From assembly GCA_964187785.1 (NCBI GenBank), contig OZ076413.1:47680001-47744000 (forward strand): DNA of 64,000 nt, written 5' to 3'. Shown one piece after another: positions 24,790-37,400 of the stretch. The DNA comes from Amphiscolops sp. MND2022. Taxonomy: Eukaryota. The stretch's first letter is position 1. Each line of letters begins with the position of its first letter. Under the pieces are notes generated by a model. The model searched no databases, was not told where the DNA came from, and worked only from the letters and a program-made list of their open reading frames with translations. Both the position numbers and the translations under genes were made by a program.

Positions 24790-27700
24790 TGAAGAGTAAC
24801 AGAAATGAGACTTGTTGACAAACATGATAAACAATCTGTTGCCATTTTATGTTCTTATCTACTAACATATATTTAAACCTGTAATTAAAGCTCGACCTCG
24901 TTGTGATTCCTATTGAGCTAAAAAAACATCGTTATTTTACACAACGTTTTCAATTGAGATATTCTCATAAAATGCGACATGGCGCAGTCAGCATTCTGAA
25001 CAATCAGAAAAATCTTCACTACAATGGAAGACGAACCAAACAACTCCATGGGAGAAACGAGCAACCGCTCACTACCGAACAACACTACCACACGATCGGT
25101 TGAACGGACGACCACACAGAAGTTACCCATTCCAATCATGAAAAAAATGACCACACCAGTGCAAAACTCTGGTGGAGCCAGTACATAAAAATGACTCGAG
25201 AGTTGGATCTATCAAAAATGACAAACTCCAAAGAAGTGTTGCCACAATACAGAGACCAACCAGAAGAGGAAATAAAAGACGTCTTCATCTGGGCGATTGG
25301 ACAGTCAGCACTAACAGAAATGACATAGACGGTAAGAGAACAGAAACCAACTTCCCTACAATTATATTGTCTGTATGCACTATTTAGGCTACATTTAATT
25401 CCGGAACGGAATAAACATCATAGCAGGGCCGATTTTTTCAACCTGAAAAGAGAACCGGGAGAAACGGCAGCTGAAACCTGGAAACCATGAAGAACAAACA
25501 CCCGGCGTGGTTAGACGACATACTAATTGTCACAAAAGGGACAAAAGAACAACACAAACGTGAGTTAACCGAGGTGTTAACTAAACTAGAAAATGCAGGT
25601 TATAGACTCAACGAAAACAAATCAGAATATTTCAAATACGAAATAAAGTGAGTAGGTCAAAAAATTGACCAAAACGGTATCAGACCGTTGCCAGACAAAC
25701 TGAAAGCAACACAAGAATTGAAAGAACCAAAAATGAGAAGGAACTTAAGTCCTTCCTTGGCGCAATCCAGTAGTTGTCAAAATACATTGAAAATCTGTCA
25801 GCACAGACAGACTCATTGAGACAGTTGTTAAAAAAGAAAAACAACTGGAACTGGACAACGGAACACTCCGAAGCATTTAACCAATTAAAACGCAAAATCA
25901 CGGAAAAACCGTGCCTCGCTCATTATAGCTCCGTTCGACCGAACAGCATAACAACAGACGCCAGTACAAAAGGCCTAGGCGCAACTCTCTGGCAAGAACA
26001 AGACAACGGAGATTTAAAACCGATAGCATTTGCAAGCAGATTTCTATCGGACACAGAAAAAAAATATGCGATAAACGAGTTGGAAACACTAGCGGTTGTT
26101 TGGGGTCTAGAACATTTTCGCTTATACATCTACGGAAAACCCGTCAAATTATTGACGGATCATCAAGCTCTAGAACCACGAATAAAACGCAACCGTTCTA
26201 ACAAAACATACAGCGCGCGCTTAACGCGTTGGCTTGATCGCCTAGCACACTTTACATTAAATGTAAACCATATCGCCGGAAAACATTTCGCGCTTACCGA
26301 TTACTTGAGTAGAAATCCTATCGCACCGGCGCAAAACGATGACGTATACGAAGAAGAATATGTTTTTAACAGCATAGCACCGCACTACGGATTTGTTTCA
26401 AAATTCGGTTGCCTTAGCAACCTTTTTAACCAATCACATTCAGCGAGCAGGCAAACTTGACAAAAGCAAACAAATACCGGTTATCGGACAACGCACGTGA
26501 ACAAAACGCCATTCATAGCCTCAATCGCATTTCAAACAGAGACGGTAATTTACCGACAATGGACGCCAAAACAATCGATAATTGATTCGTCCCAAGAGAC
26601 AGCAAAGTTAATTGAAGGCGAAATATAGTAAAGCCGGGAATTCACCGACTATCGAACGGCAAATAGAAAAAATACCATGAGACAAAATTTCTCCGAGGCG
26701 AGAGAAGAGTTATCGAAGAGAAACTATCAGAAACAAATAGACGACTGGAGAGCCCAGTGGTAAAGATCAGAAACCTGCAACAACAACAAGCAGACTACTT
26801 CCCGTGACTGGCAATTCAAAGAAACCAGAAACTCTCAAGGAGGATTCATTCCTCAAGAAGACAACAACGCTGGCACTTTACAAGCACGTCCGACAACAAG
26901 ACACACACCGGACGAAACACCGATGGAAGAGGGGGAGATTTCCAGTGACTCGGAAATGGCACCGTCGGTACTGGAAGTACCTACAATTAATTGGGCGAAC
27001 TACCTCGGAGTAAAAAGTGTTCAATACATCAAAATGGGACACGCCCCGAGAATACAAGCTTTAGAGCCAAAAAGCTGGGAACACGAAAACACCGTCGGAG
27101 ACACCGAAAAGGAATTTGCAACGGATCTCCAACTACTAAGGACGGAGACAACTAATGACTCCAAACTGCTAAAAACTCTCGTCTGCCTAGAAAGGAAACA
27201 ATATGACAGTATCCCAGAAGAATACAACCAGTACAAACGGAAACTATCCACAAGATACGGACTAGTATTCTTCGAGGAGGAAATTATCAGCCCTGCAAAT
27301 CTACGGACGACTGTCATCACGCTTCTTCACAAGTGCCACCCCGCCATAGACAAGATGACAATGTCGGCAAAACACTTCTGGTGGCCGAAACTCGCAGAAG
27401 CAATACAAAGAAAATGCGACAGCTGCATACCGTGCAAACTTTCTGGTAATAATCTTAAACCAGATGAACCTAAAACGGAACAAAATCACTTACCACCATT
27501 AAGCTCACCAAACGAAGAATTCCAATTGGATTTCATCGGACCAATCACGGAAAAGAACCTTAGATTTTACATTCTACTATCCTTGGACCGGTATAGTAAA
27601 TGGCCGGTAGCCAGTCTATGTAAATCAAAAGGTAAATTTCCTTCAACAATACATTCAGTTGAATGGCATACCAAAAACGATAAGAACCGATAAAGCGTCA

Positions 27701-29217
27701 GCGTTTACGGGTCACTGCTTCAGAGAATTCTGCAAAATAAAATACATCTCACTATTATACAGGACACCGTATATTCACACCCCCTCCGGTCTAGTATAAC
27801 GAGGGGTGAGAACGATAAAAGAAAACCTATTAACTAACATCAACGCGGGCGAACCTTTTGGAAAAGCGCTCGACTTGGCACTAGGAGTAATGCGAACGGC
27901 CCCACATACTAGACCAAAAAAATCGGCATTCGAATTACACTTCGGTAGAGAACCGAATACGGAGCTGAGTAATATGTTAAAACTGAAAGAAATTTAAAAA
28001 ACTAACAAATAACCATTCCGTTTCAGCAAAATCAGAAACCCTACAGGTTTACACATTCAGTGGAGAAGGCGGTAGTTCCGACCATCTACCCATGAAGCAA
28101 AAGAGAAAATCAACAAAGACGGTTAGTAAATACCCGTTTCAGTTCTTTGAACGGAAAAACACAAAATCAAAATTCGAAAGTCCATACTCCGACCAACTAC
28201 AAACAGCGGTAAAAGGAACAAACCATACCGTAACCACAGCTGATAATAAAATCGTTCACCGTAAATTAATCAGTAAACCAATTACACCATTTGAACAGGA
28301 AAGTTCCAACAGAGGAACCGGACCAAGACGACCGGATGGACGATTCGCCCGCAAAGAAGACAAAACACCAACCACCCGCGAGCCATCCCAATCACACCAG
28401 CCCAGAACCGCCAAGCAACCGAAAATACGGGACATTTGGTAGGGGAAAGCCAAAATTGATAAGAAACCGGGGACAACCAGCTTCACCAGAGAAACAACCG
28501 GGAAACAAAACAATGGGGCCCCTCACAATCAACGCCGAACAAATGTTGGAATCCGACACAGAACAGATCATCAGCGACACTCAACAATCAGGACAAGACG
28601 AACATATTAAAGACATAAACGGTAAGGTATTTAATACTATCGACTCAGACCAAGATTTAGCACGTAACTTTAGTTCTAGCACTGAAATCGATAAGGAAAC
28701 ACAAAACCTACCAGAAACTAACCTACGCCGGTCAAAACGTCTAACAAAAACGAACCCAGTTATTAGACTAAATAATCCAGTTAACCAATCCAATCTGATT
28801 ACAGGAAACACCGCAAAACGACTACACCTGTCACCACCACTGGAGACATCAGAAGAAACGCTGGAGCGGGACAGCGAGGAAAACCAATAATCCGCTCACA
28901 ACCTCAAACGAACCAGCCTACGGAAATCAATCATGCGAATCTCGGAAACCCGGATATTACAACATCAAGACGTGGACGGTATACCGACCACAGCAACAAT
29001 CTGGGCGGCAACGGAACCCAATTGGATATCTCTCATCCAGTCACAGAAGGGGAAATGAAGAGTAACAGAAATGAGACCTGTTGAAACATGATAAACCATC
29101 TGTTGCCAAACATACATTTAGTTCTGTAATTAAAGCTCGACCTCATTATGGTACGTATTGAGCTACAAAAAACATCGTTATTTTTCACAACGTTTCCAAT
29201 TGAGATAGAATACAACA
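24790..29217 (+). mobile_element. Decayed, internally deleted Gypsy element inside a phosphatase intron
   Basis: Diverged short LTRs 24790-24979 and 29056-29217; TSD TTCAC on both flanks; PBS TGGCGCAGTC (24980); PPT AGAAGGGGAAA (29045-29055); RT (WLDD), RNase H (TTDAS, 25774..26460) and integrase fragments with frameshifts. Confidence 0.88.
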
Positions 29218-29742
29218 TTCACATACAAGATTGACGGAGTTTAGTAATCGAACATTTTTCTCAGTATTCATGACCAAGCAGCTTGATAGAGGCGAGACAT
29301 AATATCAAAACTACTGGTCTGAATTTTTCAATATTATCGAATTTAAATCATCATTCAAAACTTAGGTCTTCGTCGTCAGAATTTTTGCCGTCCGCCTATC
29401 AGTAAAAGACAACCTGGCAGTTTTCAATTTTTTTCTCAAAATCAATGGTTTTCGAGTTGAGTTTCGATTTACACCGATGATTTCAATGAAAACTTACGAC
29501 GAAACTTTTCTCGAAGAAAAGTTAATTGTGAAAGAATTTCCACGGGCAGATGAAATATGTTCAGCCACTTCGAACAAAACATTCAATGAAAGTAATCTAA
29601 AGTTTTGAACATTGCCTTTGTGATTTCTTGACTGAGTTGTTGTTTGACTGAGTTGAGCATAACAAATGAAACAAATTAGTTTGAAAAAACAAAATGTTGA
29701 AACAAGTCGAATGATGTTTCCATAAAGTATTCGAAGACTTAC

Positions 29743-29931
29743 ATCGCAAACGAAGTTGTCGTACATTTCGCTCAGCGTATCCACGGTCCATTCCGAAGGT
29801 GGGTATCCTGCTTTTGCACAAACTTGGTTGATGAAATCTTGGTTCTCCTTCACAAATTCTGTATAGTTGGCTGACGCATGCAACTTGTCTATCTCCTCGT
29901 TGAACGCTGGACAAGTGGTGCCGGCCAAGTA
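29743..29931 (-). CDS. Histidine acid phosphatase exon
   Basis: TTCTAG|YLAGTTCPAFNEE...LSEMYDNFVCD|GTAAGT; 189 nt, phase 0/0. Confidence 0.88.
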
Positions 29932-30427
29932 CTAGAATTTCAAAACATTAATTTCTAAGATAGAGTCGTCTCACAAAACAGAATTCGAAAACTAATTATG
30001 TGAGACAAATGACTTGCTCTGAATACAGCTAATTGATGATTTAAACTTCTTCATTGATTGCTTTCGGCTTTTAATTTGTTGATTTTGTCAGTACTATATT
30101 TTGAAACTTGATCCAGTTCCGTTCAGGAAGAATCTTAGTTAAAAACATCTTTAAACCCTTTACGTTTGATGAATTTGTTTAAGGTGTGAAATGAAAGCAA
30201 GCTATCTTATTTCGAGTTATAAGTTTAACTATCACTGTTTTGCATTACATGGGCTCCGGTCAAAAAAGCGTTGCAGGTCGTTCTGTTTGAAAAGATTGAT
30301 GGAAACTCGGCAAGTTCGCAAGATACTTTGAAAAATTCACCGAGAAAAAAAAATAGAAACAATTGTTTAAAACTCTCAGCCATTTTTGAATTTTCCCAAC
30401 ACTGAATTGAATATATTCCCAACTAAC

Positions 30428-30763
30428 GTAATCAAGTGAACGGGATATTGTATGAGTGGGAAAAGCTTGCCAGTTGAGCCCTTCCTCAAACACATAAGGT
30501 GGTGTGGGGGGATACAATGCGGCTAGAAACGTGTTTGCACTCATGATGACCCTGTCACTGTCTGAGCTGATAACTTTGATCTCCGTGGGATACACGACAT
30601 CCGAGAGCAATCCAGGGTACCATAAGTCTCGAAACGACTCTCCATTCGCATACCATTGGCTCTCCCCTGTGGGGGTGAGGTATCCCAACCCCTGAGGCCA
30701 CTTGTCCACGTTGGGATTGTCAGGGTACACCCATATGGGAGCTCTATCTCCATGTCTACAAAC
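30428..30763 (-). CDS. Histidine acid phosphatase exon with catalytic RHGxRxP; upstream exon(s) not securely identified
   Basis: TTACAG|VCRHGDRAP...WPQGLGYLTPTG...SSDSDRVIMSA...LYPP...LDY|GTTAGT; 336 nt, phase 0/0. Confidence 0.93.
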
Positions 30764-31479
30764 CTGTAATTGGATATATGTGAAATTTGTCAAATGGGTG
30801 CACAATTTATGTGAAAGAGAACATGACATAATTTGCAAAATTTTTCCCACTATTTGATCATCTTCCTTCACTTGTATTGCCGAGTAGATTTCATATCGAA
30901 AGATACCAAATTAAAAGTTCTTTATTTTGGTTTAAAAAAGTTTTTAAAAAACTGGCAAATCAAAGTCACATTGTGATCTACACTCAGCGTTTTAAACCCA
31001 TTTGAGGTCCCCACTGTTGAATAATCAATATAAAGAGATGAATAAACAAGCTAATTAAATAAATATGATGAGGTTAATTATTCATCTTGATCAATAGAAA
31101 ACCGGGACTCTCAAAAATATATTTTATAGAAATACTGGTCATAAATTATCATCTTTCATTACGAAGAAGTTGTGGGCCATCACTATTCCCCACGGGAGAA
31201 CGACAATGTTAAAAAGTACATAAAACTTGCATCTATATCTGTGGATATTTTAGCAACGTTTTTTTGACAAACAGCTGTACAAAAATTGCTGACACTTTGC
31301 CTGAAAAACTTATCATCATATCAGATAGCTGGAATGTTTTTTACGCAATACTTTTGAGTTATTTGCTCATTTTTTCGACAAAAAGACGTATGAAATTGTG
31401 TTTCTTTTATCAAAAATAACCCTTCTGCAAGACGAATAAAAACTTATCAACAAGCAGTCATTACGAAGATAAGTTACAC

Positions 31480-31900
31480 TATTGCTTACGTCGCAGAGAA
31501 CGAGAACCTCATATTGCCATTTCAAAATTGCTGAAGGTTCCAATGATTGGATGTGCTAGTCACAGGTTGGATATTGCCGTCTGGACATACCCAGAAAAAT
31601 ACCCCGGAATGGGACATCATTCATCCACAGATGTGGGTATCGTCTAGAGCAACAACTTTGAAAGTGGTGTTGTAAACTGCATTCTTGGACTGAAGCTGAT
31701 AGTGGCAGAAAGTTAAGGAAAAGTCCTAAGAGTTTTAGAAAAAAGTGTAGTTCCGATAGGCGAACATTTCGCAAATGGCCAAACAGGAAAAAAACAGGTA
31801 ACAGCACCTATGGAAATCTACGTTGGGCTGTGGAAGCATCAATCCTGTGAACGTTTAATTAGCCGCGTCAAGCTCATTATTGGGTACTCAACATCACGCC
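31480..31900 (+). pseudogene. Decayed hAT-like transposase remnant
   Basis: LLKVPMIGCASHRLDIAV (CxxH motif) at ~31530-31580; YGNLRW../SCERLISRVKLI (dimerisation-domain-like) at ~31810-31880, frameshifted. Confidence 0.65.
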
Positions 31901-32485
31901 AACTAAATTGTTTTTATCGATCAACAAAAAATTCTATGATGCCGAATTGATTTCCGGTATAATCTGTTTTGAGTTTTGTTGTTCAAATTGTTTTGGAAGT
32001 TTACTACTATTTCCATAATCTTTTTTGTTTAATACAGAGATATAATACATTTTTTGAGAAGTATTGCGAAAAGATTTGACTGCTTTACGTCCATAAAATT
32101 TCATTATTTTTACGTAATGAAGCAGAGTTGATGACTGACTGAAAAAGACTCTGAAGCTGCTAATTCTTACAATAATACCAGCCACTGGTACTGTAGTTCT
32201 AACACAAGGAAGACTTTCCTAACTGGGCTTTAAAGTTAACAATTGTTAAGAATTGAAGTTGCCCTTTGTTTCCTGAGATCTCTTTCTATCATAGAAAGAG
32301 ATGATGAAACTCAGACTTTCATGATGAAACTCAGACTATTTATTGCGCAACGAAAAATCAAATATGTTTTGTTAACCTTAAAATACTTGATATCAATCAC
32401 AAATAAAAAGAAATTAAATAAAACGCTCCATATAACTTCCTGTGGACTTGAAGGAATGCTTGATCCATGACTATTGTATTTTCAT

Positions 32486-33207
32486 TGTAACGTCAAGCTA
32501 ACAGCTACATTCTAGAACTGGGACAATGCCCAGGTTGCTTGAACAAGAGACCAGTGCCTTACTACAACCTAAACATCAGTTTTTAGTCCCAAAATGGTCT
32601 CAGTAGGGACTTTTCCAAAACGCCGTGGAGACTCCTCATATTAGAGCTCCGTGGCGACGTGCCGGCACACTCCAAGTCCGGACACGTCCCACAAGCCTGT
32701 AAAAACAATTCCTAATGTTCCTGCGTGCTCCTACATACCTCCGAGGTCCAAAAACAGGGTCTAGCTGAAACACATTTTATTGGGGGAATAAGTTCTAAAT
32801 CCACCAAAATAGGGATCTAGTAGATCCACTATCATCGCAAATCTGCCAAACAACATCAAAAACATCTAAATAAACTGAATTTATCACATTCGGGGTTTGT
32901 ATCCAGTCTTCAGGGTTCTTTGGGCAACCTTCGAAAAGATACTTCTTTCTTCTGGGTCATTTTCTGGGATAGATGGCACAAAACCGCGTTTTTGTGGCAG
33001 TTCTCAGTTCTTCTGGGGTCTCTGGCACTGTCCTCTGGGATTTTGAGGGTTTTTTCGGGGTTCTCGGGCTTTTTTCGGCTCTTTTTTGTCCTTTTTTGGG
33101 GACCTGCTAGGTCGGCCATTTTGAATGCTCTTATTTGATATCGCACACTTTTTGAATTTGAACGAAATTTTCAAAAATTGATATAACGACTTTTGCTGGA
33201 CGTTACA
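32486..33207 (-). repeat. 3' LTR of element B
   Basis: No difference seen by eye from 46528-47249; 9-bp terminal inverted repeats. Confidence 0.97.
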
Positions 33208-33220
33208 TCCTCCCCGGGCC
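33208..33220 (-). promoter_or_regulatory. Polypurine tract of element B
   Basis: Minus strand GGCCCGGGGAGGA abutting the 3' LTR. Confidence 0.75.
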
Positions 33221-34495
33221 GTAGTTTGTCGTCCTCGGCAAACGAGAGAGAATGATACATACCCAGCGGGTCCTTAGCAACATTGTTTCAATTCTTTACG
33301 TTGGATCTTACTACACAAAATTTTTACACTATTTTTGAAATATTTTGTTTTTGCAAAAGTCTCCTGCACTGTTTTTGTAGCACTTATTTCTTAACATTCC
33401 AGAAGATAAAAATCAATTTTTCTAAAAACTCTTTCTATTCGTTCCAAGCTAGTTTAAAACTTCTTCTAAGGGGTGGTAATGTACGCGGCATTCCAAAAAT
33501 TTGCAAGAAAGCATGGTTGCAAGAATTCCGATTGCAGTTTTTCTTTTATTTCGGGCGGGGAGGCACCAAGTTGGGACCCACCTACCAGGTAGGGTACTAC
33601 AAAATGCACAATAGCACTTGAATCGGGTGTAATCAAAGCGTTACAATGCCAAATGAACAGCTCCAATATAGAAACACAGCATGTAACACATCAAAGAAAA
33701 TCACCAGGTGAGAGTCCATTCAGTCCATTGTGTTCTCATGTTTGTTTGGGATCCATTTCAGGTACTGCGCCCATCTTGAATTCTAGGAGTTCACTCATCA
33801 TCTACTCAAGTGTATGAAGTGCAGAACCAACATTTCTGAAGCCAACAACCATGTGGCTGGGACATATAACGCTATTCAGATTACAAATACGTGATAGTTT
33901 CTGGAACCGGTTCCGTATTGGGTGCTTCGTACCAATCACAGACTGAATCAATCGTTTGGAATCTGGTGGTTCGAACACCACTAAATTTGACTTTATATTC
34001 GTCTTCTGTCATGTACGGCTTCACCATTCCATAGTTGATAACAGCAGTTGGTCGACGGTGATCTGAGGACTACTATATCAGTTTCTTGTCGTTGTCAGTT
34101 GGATCCACATTGCTCGGGATGCTGCATGGTAGCTCTCTCAACCAAGTGAAAGATTATTGCACTGTGTACAAACAAGAAACAATAGCATACTGCGTTAGCA
34201 TTTAGCACCTGGAGTACAATCTGAGGATGTTGCGAGGATGTGATTGGGATGATGATCTGATACCGCGGAAGTATAGCGAAATAGGACACAACTGAAAGAC
34301 GGGGAGCAGTCGTAGATTTAAAACAATTTTTGAATGAACGCGAACAATATACTCAAACGTTGAGGGGACAACTAATAAAACAATATTCACAATCCGCATT
34401 AAGAAACATCTATCAATTGGTTAAAACGACACATAGGCTTAAAAGAAGGCGAGTGGCCTTTCGAATGGCTGTTCCATAGTGCCACAGGGACTCAG

Positions 34496-37400
34496 TCAAG
34501 CTTTGGGCTTCAGTTGATTGAGGTGTTTTCTGACCAGTGCTATCGACACATATACCCGATCATGCAGAACTATGTCGACGCTGGAATCAATGAAATGATC
34601 TCTCAACATTGAATACCAAGCTGGTAGCATGTTGATAGACCTTTCGGGGTCATAAATAGGCAGATGTATTCGGGTGATTTGTGCTCGCTCGAGCTTCTGC
34701 ACCAGGTCTGTCAGGCACAGATGTAGCACATCATGTAAAATAGGGTGTTTACTAGAGGCTCTGGTGACTAACAAAAACATCTCGTTGTTCCACGGCGCTG
34801 ATGGTGATCTGGTGAGATGTACGGCCTTTCCCACGGCTGGACGTAGCCGGAAGATCTCTTCCTGGCCATATTCCCGAATGACATAACGCGCCATTGCTGA
34901 GTATGACAGCAGGTCAGCCGGACAACATATTGCCACGGTATCCCGGGCTTGCAGAATGTCAGTTTCCTCGTAGGAAATCCATGACAGATAATTCGGTTTG
35001 ACCTTCGGGTGTGTTGTCAACAGTTTTCCCGTGACGGTGCTTTGATTGTCTTGATTTGGCGTGAGATGATCCAGTATAGCTTTATGGTCTTGCCACACTG
35101 TTCTGCGTAAAGGTCGGTCTCCCAAATTTGTGCAAGACCAATCATGAACTACGGAGAGTGCTTCTAGCACGGTCACTGGGTTCTCGAACGCATACGTGTA
35201 TTTGTCCAACAGGCGTATTTTAGTTTGCCGACAGAAAGTGATAGCTAGTAGCTGTAACCAATGTTGACTAAGGAATTTCCCGCGATAGATATCTGCTAGA
35301 TGAAAACAAAGTGTGTCCTCGAACTCTACAAGTGTACGCAAGTTCTCCAAGCAAATCAATAGAGTTCCTGGATTCACTGGTGATGTTTCGTCCAAGGAGG
35401 TGACTAATAGCCACCAACCAGCCGTTGGGTGATACACATCTCCAGGGGGGGAAGTCACACCATATTGTTGCCATAGCTTCTGCGCGGTGATACAGCGTAC
35501 CATTGCTACTTTCGTGTCTTCTGGCTCTAGTTTTCCAAACACCATCGATGGTGGGAGTGGGGGTATGATGGCAGCCAGTGTGAATTCCAATCCACTCTTT
35601 TCTTGCCACGTCCACTCCTTAAATCGGTAGGTGGGACAGTCTGAGGACGATGTTTCTTGCATGGCTTTTAGTGTGGTTTCCAAGGGTGGAACCACACCTG
35701 GTCCAATGCTCGAGTAGGTTTTCTCTGTTGTTATGACGATATGATGTACTTGTGGTATATCCTGGTCCTTAGCCTGTATGGACCGGATTGTGTGTTGCAT
35801 GTGGTCTTCAATTGCTTCGGTGTCAGCTGAGTCTGTGGCAGGAGCGTCCACTCCCCGGGCCAATCGCTTGTCCGGTGGTCTTCCCCTGATTAGGTTGAGG
35901 CAACTACAGTTACGGGAACCGCAGGTTCCACACCTGTATCGTGGTGCTCTATTGTGTCGTAGCTGATAAGGTGGGGCTTGTGAAGGGGTTGGTTGCTCAG
36001 CTTCTCGTTGCTCTGGAGATATGCTTTCCGCTATGTTGGGTAGTGTCATTGCACGTTCCAAAGTTTGAGATTGAGCTCTGGTTCTTACTCGGCCTCTTGA
36101 TCTAGTGTATGGTCTGTGTGCCCTTGTGAGTGCTCTGCTTGATGAAGTGGTACTTCCTCTTCTACGACCTGGAGGTCTGCCTCTTGGTCTGCCTCTTTTA
36201 GTTGCAGTTCTCCCTGATGAGGGTAATGTTTCCATGCTTTGACCGGGTTCTTGAGTTTCTCCACCAGTTCCTTCTTGGGGTTCGGCTTCCTCGGCAAGTT
36301 CTAGTTCTACCGAGCTACCAGCTCGAGAACTGAACAGTGGAAAATTACTTAATGTATCGGTTAAAGCCGGGTTGGAAAGCAATGGTGCTGAAGTTCCTGA
36401 TGGCGAGGGTACCAGACTTGGTGCTGGTTCAGGCAAGACTTCCTCTTGATCGGAGTACAGTGGTTCGAGGTCGTCAATCTCAGGACAAACCATTGGTTGC
36501 TGGGTTTCTTCAATGGGTTGCTCTACTGGTTCTTGGTCAGATTCGGACTCAGATGGATATCCAAAGTGACTGAAGCGTCTACGTGGGATTCCTTGTTCCA
36601 ATGCAGACTGAGTACGTGTCTGAATTGTGCGTGGCGGGACAGGCGCGGTTGGTTCCATTTCGAACGATGCCTCCGGCAGTTGTTCTGGAAGAAAGGAGTC
36701 TCGCGAGATGTCTGATGTTATTTCCTCATTACTTTCTTCCACATATGGATCTGCAATGATGGCTACATTTTGGTCTAACCCGAAGGGTTGATGTGCTGCC
36801 CAATCCCACGGTGCTGGCACATGCTTCTTCAGGCGCTCGAAATGGACTTTTTGACCTGTATCCAAAACATATAGTCTTCCGTCTTGTAATACATCTGTGA
36901 CCTTGTGAGGTCCACGCCAGGCGCGAAGAAGTTTGCGGGTACCACCCTTGGGAATTATGTGGCAGAAAACCCAAACGGCATCACCCACGGCATGAGCTTT
37001 TGCCTTCAAATGCCTGTCGAACTTCTGTTTTTGTCGTACCTGCGCTTGATGAGTATTTCGGCGGACAAGCTCGTGGATTTCTTGTTGTCTAGCAAGCAGG
37101 TGCTCTACAAATTCTTCTTTGGATTCAAACTCTCGCGCTGCGAATTCTGGGTATATGAACGAGAGCGGAATGGATTTTTCTGCGCCATGTTGGAGCATGT
37201 ACGGGGAAAATCCGGTTGTCGCATGTCTGGTCGAATTGTAGGCACCTAAGACTCCGTCTATGTGCTCATCCCAGTCAAGCATCCTGCGTGACGTATAGAC
37301 TCGGAGCAAGGTGAGCAATGTTCGGTTCTGGCGTTCTACTAAACCGTTGCCTCTAGGATGAGCTGGAGTAGACGTTACTTTGGTTACTTGCGAAGCTTTC

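Noticed and set aside
30260..30871. 203-aa ORF as a complete phosphatase
   Set aside because: Only 30428-30763 is exon; the flanks are intronic read-through (likewise ORFs 29494..29928 and 21282..21509).
32910..33146. Duplicated small ORFs (also 46952..47188)
   Set aside because: Low-complexity reading frames within identical LTRs; no evidence of coding.
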